A stretch of 64,000 nucleotides of DNA from Phoronis australis (Eukaryota > Animalia > Phoronida): the NCBI GenBank assembly GCA_002633005.1, contig NMRA01000243.1:326280-390279 (forward strand), given 5' to 3'. The notes below the pieces were generated by a model that searched no databases, was not told the origin of the DNA, and saw only the letters and a list, made by a program, of their open reading frames with translations. The translations under genes were made by a program, and so were the position numbers. This document shows, in pieces, positions 23,197 through 35,800 of this stretch (position 1 is the stretch's first letter; each line of letters starts with the position of its first letter).

Positions 23197-24139
23197 AGTG
23201 AGGTTGGCTTATGTATGTGTATAATCTCTGAGACTTTTCAAGTTCACTCAAATTGAGATATATTTTTCAATAGTAATGTGGAGCGTAAGAGCGAATTTCT
23301 GACTTAAAAAATCACAGTTCACTTTTCAGACCCTCAGCCCATCCAGTGTTTTGCCGCGAAGTGTCAACTAAAGTTATGGGCCTATCATCATGGGTCTCGA
23401 AGATTACGAACTATCAGTTCTTTGCACCCAGAAATCACTCCTTGAGTTATTCAAATAAATAACAAGTTGACACGAATTTTATAGCGGTAAGAGTTTTCAA
23501 TCAAAATTTTTCTTCTTGGACGGAACGCGGGATTATAGCCGGTGCCTTTTACATTTAAACGCTGTTTCCATAGTTGAAAATACGGTAACACCCAACAGTG
23601 ACTCTATATGTAGCAACTAAACGGAAGCAGACCGGTTAAGTGAACTTCATTAAATTTTATTTCACCCACCTTTGGCCTTCGAGATAGACAACTTGCCTTT
23701 CGTGTTTGTTTAGAGGTAAGGAGATTGAATGTGCATTTTTAATTCGCGAAAATTAATCTCGAAGAGACTCCGCCATTTTGTTCGTATTGGCTCTCTAATA
23801 AGTATTGCAATGAAAATGCCATAGAGGTCGTCGTCGAACAGTAAAAAGTAATTTCAAATAAAATGTATCAACTGTGAATTAATTTATGGTGTACCTAAAT
23901 GTATAACTGTTTTGTAAAGCGGGTATCACAAAGATATAGTAGATACTTCCACTTTGTCGGGAATGCTAAGGCGAAGATGCAAAAAGTACGCTCGGACGAA
24001 AACGGGGAATACTGAACAAAACACATAACAAAAATTTCTGAAAGTTTTTCACTGGAGCTGGCTTTAAACTATGTAAATCGTTAATATACTTTTGTGAAAG
24101 CTGTCGTAAACTAGCGGGCATCAGAAAGTTCAAATTATT

Positions 24140-25185
24140 AAAAAATAAAAATCCTGTTTTGTAAATTCATTGCTTACTAACAAGTTCAATCCTATTTAAA
24201 TTAAAAATCAATATTATTTAGGAAAATTAAATCCAGTTGTATAAATTCAATCCTGTTTTACAGATTCAATCCTGTTTTAGATTTTCTATCTTATTTTAGA
24301 AATTCTGCCCTATTTAAGAGATTCAGTCCTAATTTCATAATTTAATCTTATTTTGTACCGTCGCCTGACCGTCGATGGAAAGATGCTACAAGTCTTAGGC
24401 TACTTGTTAAAAAATCAAGGTCTGGGAACGCAAATTCCTTGAAATCACCCTTTATTCACTATATAAAAGCTGAGAGTATGGTCCTAATGAAACACGATTA
24501 TCCTAGAACAGTCTCGCACTAGCGACTTGTTCATGGATTCTCTTCTAACCACTGGTCAGCAAAGATGCTTATATTTTCTAGCTGAAACATAAATATCGTT
24601 GTCATCAGTTCACCAAGGGGCGCGCAGCACGGCCCGTGAGGTCTGCTGCATTCTTGTTGTCGATAAAATACGAGGTGAACATGACATCAGTACCAGAAAA
24701 TTGACCAAAGCCGCTTTCATCTACCCCTACCAGGAACAGGTATTCCTTTTATGAAACAGTCATGTGGAAAATTGCCAAATTAGAGGTCAAGTACGTGGGT
24801 CTATTTACAATGAATAGCCACGATGACTTCAAGCTGGCAGACACTGGTTCTTTTAGTTTTGTTAAGCACCGACAGGATTGAATTCGCGAAAATAAGACCG
24901 ATTTGTTTCGTAGCATTTGTTGTTAGCCTTTTTAATCGCCCACAATATTAAATCCCCGAAACCCACTGGATTCGCTTCAGTCAGTATTGATTGAATTGCA
25001 TAACCTGACATGATTAAAGTTATAAAATAGGATTGAATTCATAAATTAGGATTGAATTTTTGAAATGAGACCGATTTTCTGAAATAAGATTGAATACCTA
25101 TAACAGGATTTAAGTTATACAATTGGATTGGAATTTTCAAAATAGGATTTTTATTTTATGTAAGATTGATAACATTGAATTTAAG
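24140..25185. mobile_element. foldback-type element, about 1 kb, with arms made of ~21-bp sub-repeats
   Basis: Left arm has repeated (ttc)aatcct(g/a)tttt units (24148-24355); right arm has their reverse complements ataggattgaat (25015-25180). Confidence 0.65.
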
Positions 25186-28100
25186 AAACAGTGGGACGTG
25201 TGTGCCATCATAGATACTCGTTTAATAGTCTATGGTGCCATCTTTAGGACCTTACCGACGGTAGCGACACTAGAGTCCGTTACTGTTAGCCAGAAGCAGG
25301 ACTCCGTGTACAGATTACGGTGAGATACGCACATCTCTCAGTAGGGCTTACTTGCTGTAGCTGAGCGCAAAGGAAAGTGCTTACTGGTGATCAAAATGAA
25401 AACGTCAACAGCGTCATTTTTGACATCAGTATATCACCGAAGAGGCCAAGTGGCAAACAGAAATTGAGTGTCAGTGGGTTTACCACACAAAAATATTTGG
25501 ATGTCCACATTAAATTTGCACCAGTAGACAAGTACTTTTTAAAAAAAAGTAGATAAAGAAGCTAACAGATGCCATGAATTTTGTCTGGCGTTACGAAAGG
25601 TATATAATATTAATTTGGAGGAAATGAGGTGAAAACTTAACAAATTACCAACAATTGCTGATCTGAAATTTTGTGTGTCATTTTTATTGCATTCACTATA
25701 GAGGGGATGTATAATTAGAATTCTTCATACAAACAACACATTCGTTTTGTAAATAACTTTTAAATTATATTACTCTGGTGTCTACAATGATCAGAGGTCA
25801 CTAACTAGAACTATTACAAGAGCCAAAGAACAACAAATAATGAGACAATAATTTACATAATCGCTCACGCGACACCTGTGGGTAGCCACGTGGAACACTT
25901 AGATCTAACCCCCCCTCCCGAACACCCGAGTTGTGGCACAAGTCATAGAAAATGATTAAAGCTGTATAAACCACTGACTGTTCTTTAATCAGAATGTCTA
26001 ATTAAAAGTCACAAACGAAGCAACAACCTTAACTACTAAATATCTTCAATCTAAAATCAACTACCATGTCGGCTCAGAAATAAGCCTGCATCCCGTATCA
26101 ACACACTCCCTTTTTCTTCACAATCCACGCCAAACCAACCTCTCCTCGTGCATCTACCATTGCTAGGCATGCTAGCCCAAAGCAGTCTAGGAACAAAGAT
26201 CCCAAATACCCTGCATTTATGGCTTATGCGCGAACGTTCGATAGAAGCACGTGGGCTTACCCAGGAATTTACATTACAACCCATGAATGTCCAACAAAAG
26301 TCTACACAGGTATAAGACCACCCCCTGTTTTTAGAGGTCCCACACAACAAGCCTGTGGCCTTATTTATTCACGGGCGGACATGGTAATCGTCTTCAAACA
26401 GAGCATGTGCTCAACTAAATTGGGATGTGCTGCTAGAAAATGGGCGACTGGATATTCACTGGGCAGTGCTGACGAAAACTGGGTGCTCATTTTACGATCA
26501 GAGACAGAGAACAAAAGATGTCCAACAACATGACATTCGCAGTTTAATGGACCCATGTGACTACTTGAATGCTTGCATTTTCACAGATACGATCGCCATC
26601 TGACTGGAGGGGGGAGGGGCGACCTAGAGAATATCCAGCTTCTCACTGATATAACCACCACACAGTGGATTACTTACAGCCCGTGAAATACACCCAAACA
26701 GTGTAACAAGTCTCCCATAACATAACCACTTAGCCTAAAATGGACACTACGATTTTCCCTAAAAATAGCAATATTTTGCGGCACTTCCTGTTTTCGTGAG
26801 TAACCTTCAGGCCCAAATGAGAAACACGAACAGTTGCAACAGCTATATGGGCCTAGAGCTCTACAAGTGGTTTATGTAAAACAGCCCTACAATTCTAGGA
26901 GAAACATAACGTGTGTCAAAAAGACATTCGATTCATTTCTATGACAAGTGGCAAAACAACAGGCCGAAGAAATACAAAACAACTACCGCAGCAATTATAA
27001 ATAATGATAACCTTATCATAAAATTAAATATATTAATTTAAAAGTCGCTTTATACATGCACGAATGGGCGGGTCTATCTTACAGAGCATTTGCCAAGTGA
27101 CCAACACACACCTCAAGGTAACACCTTGTGAACTAGATAAAGTGGACGTACAGCGACACCTTTTGGTTGCTCTCAACCAAATTCCATCCAGGCTTTCTTT
27201 GTGCAACTACAAAACAGTACCTGAAGCCTACCACGATCTTTACACACACATTGAACTGATGATTGAATATTTACACAGAAATCCCGTCGTCTTAAAACTT
27301 TGTACAGTGTCGATATAAAAATCGGCCAACTAAAGCAACAACGGCCTACATCAGGAATAAATAACACAAACTCGTGGATACTCAGACCAAGAGCCTAGGT
27401 CAACACCTTATCAGGGAACGTAAGACATGGCTTGCTGTATTTTTACATGAGATATGCATACTCATCCATTAACATTGTACACATCTTACAAATCTCATAG
27501 CAATTATTACTGTTGCACATGTTGAATTGGTGGACGATAACACAGTACCTCCATTCAAAAGCAGCTCGCTCAAAACAAGCGCGTAAAAGCCATTTCTACA
27601 GAAAAATATTAAAAACCTATCTCTAAATCTTGACAAATTTCATAAAACCAATGTAATACTTTTGCAATATCGCAGGAACGGAAAATGTTGAAACAGATCC
27701 GCACTGACTTGGTAATGCACAGATAACGGCAAGTTGTACATATTGGGGTCCTTAAGTAGTTTGCAAAGTGAACACTAGGTAGCACCTTTTAAGAGCAGTT
27801 CACCGGAAAAACACATGAATCCAATGCAGTGGGTGCGCAGACTACTACTGTCCTTTAGGACATAACAGTTTACCCGGACACAGTGGGGAATCAACACTAA
27901 GGTGAGAACAGCAATGAACACCTTCAAAATCTTAATAAAGTAGAAAGATTTAGAAAGGGTTTCGTGTTGTTTACTTGATAACTAAAGACGTTGAGAAAAT
28001 AGTTCGATGTTTCTTAAGGTGGTAAGTTTGAAACCATTCGTTATGTCAAACATTCTCTACAACTGCAAAGCAAATTCTATTGCACGTCAAATGCTATTAT

Positions 28101-30328
28101 GTGGAGTAGATGGGTAAAATTATTGAGTGCACTAAACATCCACACATCGACCTCCTGAGATATGGTAATTTGCCATTTTGCAGAAAAACAATCACCAAAA
28201 CTATGGTATATTGATGAACTTAATGAAAGGAATGTAGAGTGTCGTTTCGGTAATATGACTATTGCCTTGAGACACACCATTTTACACAACTGTTTCGATT
28301 TATCTTACGCTAGTCACAAAACATCCAATCATGATTAAATAAAACACGTTTTGACATGAAAGACACTTCTCGTTTTCAATGGTCTGGTTACACTGTGGTC
28401 AGACTGGAGCTCAGAGGTGTTGTTTTTGGCTTGAAAAAGTTGACCAGGTGATACAGCACCAAATGTAACAATAAAATTTCAATAAGTACAAATAATTGAA
28501 ACTTTATCACAAGTTATCCCATGATAACAGCACAGTTAAACTAAGAAAATGGTGAAGTAAAACCTTCATAATGTCAATTATCTTTGACAATGTAAAATTC
28601 TATGAACCGCCACAAAGTGTACTGTCAGAATAAGTAAAGAGCAATAAACGTAAAATTGACGAAGGACTCCCCACTGTGTTCACTGTACTGCTGGGAGGAA
28701 CTACATACACATGGGCCCGCTAATCTCCGAACTCAGATCATCGAAACCGTCAGCGACTCAAGAAAATATTTCAGTTTACTGGGGTTAGCCAACTCTAAAA
28801 TGGAAATTCAAAAATGGCCCATGTTCGCATTGCTCGTGACTTGGGTTGGTGACGGAAATAGAATCCCATCATGATGAGGAATATTAGGAGACTAACTTGA
28901 AGAAAGTAAAACGCCCAATTTGAATTGTCTTTTGCCATTTAAACAGGGCGAAATGTATTTTCAATAAATCACATCACGTAAAAAGTTGTATGTTGTCATT
29001 GGTCACATTTCGGCTCAAGTTTCCAGTACAGAGATTAAACCTGGGCCCTAATTGGTCCAACTACGTCACACGGGGCTTGTTTTTCGAAAAGTATATTGGC
29101 TTTTGTCTTTCCGCTAAAAACCAGTCTAATAATGGCTTAACCTGTTTCATGAAAATCTGACTGAGGCTTGAAGTCAGAAAATTTGTCTACAATTTGAAAT
29201 CAAGACGCAGAAATCCACAGTCTACTCGACTACATAGAAGACATTTCAAGAAATGCGTAAGAGAAAAAAATCAACTTTGGGCCATTCCTAGTAAGATTTT
29301 TGACTTTGGTCCCAAGCCAAAAGACAATACTTCTCGACAAACAGGCGCCAGACGCAACTTTTCATTTTCCGGCCACCCAAACACGATCGTTGGCACAACA
29401 ATGCAAGATTATCATCACTTCCAAATAAAACAATAAATAGGTACGAATACAGGCACACAGGATAGTCAGGACTCGGTATTGCTCAATGATTGCTGGCCAA
29501 GTGCAAAATACTTAGTTAACAGTGGCATATGGACCTTCTGGCACAAATCCAAAAGAGTGCTAATTTCAGTTCAATTAATGACAGAAATTGAAAAACTGCA
29601 CCTATAATATTGCTTGAACAAAGCATTGGCAAAGCCGTATCGTATAATACTTAGAGTAACCTCTGAATGAAAAGTTAATCGGAATAATTTTGAAGACGGC
29701 AATAAGCCAATTAAAAACAACAGAGGCTTCACGAGCCAATCAAAGTCCATGAGGAAAGCATGGAATCCCTCTCTGTAGAAGCTGGATTTGCAAATGGCCA
29801 CGATAAAAACCTTGCTGACAGAATGTCATATTAAAAGTATTTACAGGCTAGGCTGGGCATAGAGCCATCTGCTGGCAGAATGAATGGTGACACAGCTTTT
29901 ACCAGGCAACGTGACACCTACACTAGAATATTCATACGACAGACAAAAAATTGTGCCTTTGGTATCGAGGGATTTCTAGTAACCAATACAACACCAAAAA
30001 TCCTTGTTATGAGTTCATGGTTCAGCACCACTAACAACCAGAAGAAAACTTAACCACTTTATATAACAGACCAGTAAAAAAAACTGGCAAGTGTCTGAAA
30101 CAAGGCTGTTCAATAACATTTCCCATCGTAAAATAGCTGTGAGATCTCCAACAATACCGAATGCCTTTAATACTGCTGTGCCACTAGTTCACAATACCAC
30201 CCCTAGGTGGCTACTGCCTGTGATGGCACTGCCCAACCTGTACATTGAGATGATAAATAAAGGATTATTTACAATGGCGGTAAACTGTACAGAGACAGAC
30301 AGACAGACAGACCGGCGATCTCCCGCTA

Positions 30329-30439
30329 TCATGGTATGAAGCCGTAGTCGCTGGGGTGATCAGCATCCTTTTCGAACTGTTTGGCCTCGGCCTGCATACT
30401 TTCTTTAATTTTCAAGATGGCCGCTGACTCGCCCGAGTC
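30329..30439 (-). CDS. SSBP3: SSDP terminal coding exon (DSGESAAILKIKESMQAEAKQFEKDADHPSDYGFIP*)
   Basis: ttctag|GAC...CCA TGA TAG. Confidence 0.92.
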   Translation of the reverse strand, partial: DSGESAAILKIKESMQAEAKQFEKDADHPSDYGFIP

Positions 30440-32795
30440 CTAGAAAAGTTGCATTTATATGTGGTTTTAATTACTGTTACATACGTTGGCAGTTCATTTA
30501 AAAAGCAACAAATGAAAGGGTGAACAGGGCAAACATACAAGCTAAACATGAACAATCGTGTAAATTAAAGGCCTTTGCGCAACCAAGGGAAATGTGCCCG
30601 TGCCTTCTGATGGGGAATTTTTTTGTTGGATGGAAACTCCCCCCCCCCCCCGGGTCACAATTAATCCTCCCCTTAGCCATGTCTCATCTGCTCTCCCTCA
30701 AATAGCCAAAACTGAAGCCTAGTACACAAGTTAGAGCAAACAACAAGAATGAGTTTTTTCTTGAAAATGGATCAGCTGCCCCTCCTCCCCCATCACCACC
30801 CTTTATTGGTAATGCTTCATGTAGCCAAAAGTTCCTGTGATATGAGAATGCAGACATTTCTACACAATGATTCCTTGCATCACATGAAACGTCAAGCCAG
30901 TTTTTGAGTTCCTGATTAAATAAATATACCACCAATATGTGGAAACCGTCACGCAAAACGAATTTCACAAAATAAGACCAAACTATGCTTTCCGGGAAAA
31001 ACAGTCGTGTTACGGCAAATAATGGTGATCTCAGAAGAAAACAATACCATACCATACTTATTACGATAGTCATATTCATAACATAAACCTCTTACAATCA
31101 TGTACTTATTTCTATAATTTTCTACTCAAGAAACGTCTCAACAGGAAGTCTACTCTTTAGTACTGATAAAGAATTGTGAATTGAATCGTTTCAACTGGAT
31201 TTACTTGATAAAAATGTCCTTTATCAAGCAAGTCCAGTTGAAATAATTCAATTTACTCCTTAACCGATATGGCTGGATGGATAAAAAATTGCATTTCATT
31301 ACTGATAAATAGCACAAAATTAAAAATAGCATTACCAAAATTACGGCACGCTTGCGATATACAGCTGTCCAAAACTTTACAAAAGATACAATTTTTCTTG
31401 AAACAATGCTTCAACTAGATTATCAAATCAAGAGTCTCCTTTCTGGCCACTGTTGTCGACTAAGTGATTAAATGTCTCAACACAACTTTACCCTGGGCTC
31501 CACAGCCCCACTACGTACAGGGTTTACACCGTGGTCACCGGGAAATGAGGGATTATAATTGGCCATGTCGCTAGCGCTACTTAGAGGCATGTTTTCTTGA
31601 GGTGTTCCGGGTCCGTTGGCTGGTGAATGTTTTATACTGTCCATCACCTCTCCGTTCATTACATTTGGCGGCATACCATCTGGTCCCATTGGGGGCATTT
31701 GACCGTCAGGGCCCATAGGTGGATACTGAAAGAATAGACGTCGCTTTACTATGTGTAACTTACTCGTCAGATAGTTGTTTTAAAAAAAGTTAACAAAGTC
31801 TCTCCTCAACAAAAATTGGCAAAATTTCCAAGCAAAATTTCAAATGAAAGCGCTCCGAGGAGCGAACCTTGGCGAAATTAACCAAAAAGATGACGATAAA
31901 GATGATGACAAAGATGACGAATATGACGACGATGGTGAAAAAAAGAAGTATTAATAACATACACATGGCGAACGTAGAGGTCCGAAATCAGTAAGAAAAA
32001 GGTTACAGTCTTGTGCGACACTTGGCGAAATTAACGGAAAAGACAACGACGGAGATGATGACGAAGATGACGAAGATGATGACGAATATGATGATGGTGG
32101 TGGCGATGATGAACAACATCACAACATTCATATGACGAACTTAGATGTCATAAATCAATAAGAAATAGGNNNNNNNNNNNNNNNNNNNNNNNNNNNNNNN
32201 NNNNNNNNNNNNNNNNNNNNNNNNNNNNNNNNNNNNNNNNNNNNNNNNNNNNNNNNNNNNNNNNNNNNNNNNNNNNNNNNNNNNNNNNNNNNNNNNNNNN
32301 NNNNNNNNNNNNNNNNNNNNNNNNNNNNNNNNNNNNNNNNNNNNNNNNNNNNNNNNNNNNNNNNNNNNNNNNNNNNNNNNNNNNNNNNNNNNNNNNNNNN
32401 NNNNNNNNNNNNNNNNNNNNNNNNNNNNNNNNNNNNNNNNNNNNNNNNNNNNNNNNNNNNNNNNNNNNNNNNNNNNNNNNNNNNNNNNNNNNNNNNNNNN
32501 NNNNNNNNNNNNNNNNNNNNNNNNNNNNNNNNNNNNNNNNNNNNNNNNNNNNNNNNNNNNNNNNNNNNNNNNNNNNNNNNNNNNNNNNNNNNNNNNNNNN
32601 NNNNNNNNNNNNNNNNNNNNNNNNNNNNNNNNNNNNNNNNNNNNNNNNNNNNNNNNNNNNNNNNNNNNNNNNNNNNNNNNNNNNNNNNNNNNNNNNNNNN
32701 NNNNNNNNNNNNNNNNNNNNNNNNNNNNNNNNNNNNNNNNNNNNNNNNNNNNNNNNNNNNNNNNNNNNNNNNNNNNNNNNNNNNNNNNNNNNNNN

Positions 32796-32827
<32 letters not shown>

Positions 32828-35800
32828 TAGTGGAAGAGCAACATACTTGGCGAAATAAATTTCGCCAAGTAATGATTTAGTGCTATTTTCATCATCTTTC
32901 GATAAAAAAGCATTTCAACAAAATTCATCAACTTTTTTGAAAATTGACAAACCAATCAAACGTTGACGCCAATGAATTGATACAAAGGGATTGACAGGCT
33001 CATCACTTTACGCACCGAATGCAAGATGTTAATGCTAAAGAAAGTTAGATTTGAATGCTAGATGGCGACACTAGTCGTCACACATGCTTACCGCTGGCAT
33101 TCCAGGCATATTGGGTTTCATCATGGGATACATATCGCTCGAACTCGAGTCTGCAACAAAAACGATAGTCAAACTAAGCATACCTCCTACAGGATACTCT
33201 TCAATACAAAACAATGGCGCTGTAATAAAGTTACTTTAAAACAAAATGTGTAATTCTAATAACATAGGTCTAATAATCACACAAAAACAGACGCGGCTGG
33301 CGTCAGTGGCATTCCTGGAATGGTATCAATTCTTATTCATGGAGCGCAAAAAAAACGAAGAAAGGCAGCACATCTCTTGAAAGGTGGTCGTCGTAAGACT
33401 TCATAACAGTTTTAAAACCTTACAACCTTTGAATAACTTGAAACAATTTCACGTTTAACTAAATACAGAACACTACCTAATCTGATTAGTCCAATGATGA
33501 AACTGTGTACACATGTCATTTACAGGTATGCTTGTAATTGCTCCAAAAGGTACGCTTTTAACATTCCATTCTAATTGGACTTTGCTGAAACAGGTTTATC
33601 ACATTTACCAGCCTGAAGAGGATCTGGGTTAGAATTTGAAGCAGGTAAATCAAACTGACAATAACGGGAAGCTGGGAACAGAGAGAGTGGATAGGCAGAT
33701 AGATAAGCATGTGGCTTCTAACTACAACTACTGAGACGGAAAAGCATAGTAGGGCAAAACTGGACATGAGGCGAAGCACAAGGGGGCCCTCTGTTAGTTG
33801 GGAATACCAAAATGAGGCTTAGGAGATCAAGAGTAAAAAATTCTACAATTGCTTAAAATCCAAGCAATTAACGAAACAAACTGGTGAAAGTAATTAACTT
33901 TAGGTTCTAGTCATTGATTAGTTCACAGTTCAGAGCTGACGTTTTAGAGCCACAATATATTAACTAATTAATACGCAAGTGCTTCATAAGAGTTTCTTAG
34001 AAAATGATTGCAATTTTTGTGATGGTAGAAATCAAAGCCATACGGTTCGACGACATTAAACTTCACTGTCTTTTTGTAATATTTTCATTATTAAATTTGG
34101 TAAGACTTCCATGCCATGCATGGCAAAACTGTTTCCTAAAAGCCAAATGAGGATCCCAGAAAGACAAAATGGGCTTAACAGACAAAATGGGTTTAGCATA
34201 CAAAAGCAGTAAAACCGAGGCAAAATTATAATTTGAAAGAAAAACTAAATACAGAGCTCGCAAAATTTCCAAAATTGTATGCATTGGGCAAAATCACCTC
34301 ATAACAAAAACCTTAGGATAGAAAGTAAGGCGACTATACAGCGTATTGATGAATATGAGATCGGGAACTGACTGGTCACATGATACCCACGACAGATGGT
34401 GCCCCCAGGGAAGCACTGCACAGTGCAGTCGGAAATATTGGGACACATCGTTGACCTTGTGATAAAAACTTATTACATGATATCTCACCAATTTTGGACG
34501 AAAAACACCCCAAAAATTGATGATTTACGGCTAGGTAGGGACCCTGGGGAAATATTACTGCGAATGCCCACAATATGCCAAAACGTCTCATGGTAGCTAT
34601 GGCGCAGAAGTTAATTGATACAACACTAATTCTGGCATAATTCATTGGTTATGAAAAAAATTATACATTATGTCCTAAATTGGCAAGATTTTACCGTACA
34701 CTTATCCATTCAGAGCACTCAGTGGCAAACTACCAACATCCCAAGAACTGTGACTGGTGAGCAAGAAAACGTTTAAAACAAAATAATATTAAATTTTTCA
34801 GAGATTTAAATTAATGTTGTCCAAACTTTCGGAAATCGCTTACTAAGAACCCTTCCATTGAACCTAGAAAAGAATGTGACCACACCATAAGGACAAATGG
34901 AGAAGTTCAGGCACCTCAGTTCAACAGCTCCTTTGCCTGGCAGAGGGCGCTAGCAGTAGTTGATATTATGTGACCAGTCAGCAATGGTCCTTAAAAATGT
35001 TGCTTTAACTGAGCTCAGTTCTCGGCATTTTGCCACGTTTTACACACTGGGGTACCAACACAAAGCAGACAAACAAGACATGGTTAACACAAAACATATC
35101 ATTTCACCTCGTCGTGACATTCGGTGGTTAGCAGGCGAATAGGGACCAGTGGAGCCTAGTGGGGCAGAACAAAACAAACATGGTGAACAGACATATGGCG
35201 ACTGATGCCACCTGGTGGCCAATGTCCATAATATACGGGTGTGGTCTATAGACAACAAAAAAGACACTGAACAGCAGCTAGGACGCATGTGCTTCCTTAC
35301 TCAGAGATGAGAGGACTGTGAGCTAGCACATTTTGGGCATATTACGCAAGCTAAGACAATGCACCAACCACACTGCCATTTAGATCAGTCAAAGGCAACA
35401 CCGGTTGTATCAATTACAAAGGATCGGATGCAGAGTTATACAGTACAGTTATGAAAACCAGTTCCAATAATTCATCTAAGCAAGCAGTCGCGGGCATGTC
35501 CCAATTCGGCATCCAATGAAATCATAAAATATGGTCAAGTGAGGGAAACGAGATCACACAACAAAAAGTGAATGTCGAGCACTGTATACATACTCCATAT
35601 ACAACTAATCAAAGTGCGCACTAAACAGGTGTTCCAACATGGCTCATCAAACTTAACAGTTGTATAACTAACTGAAGTGCACCAATACAACTTCTCAAGC
35701 AAGAAAAAGTTGTAACCGAAGCCATACGGTAATTCTTCACTCATTTCGCACACACAAAATTATTTGGAAAATAATATTTCGCACCAGGCTACCTGGCGGT

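Noticed and set aside
25437-25465. Hammerhead-like ccgaagag-gcc-aagt-ggc-aaac
   Set aside because: Both catalytic core segments deviate and stems I and III are not evident
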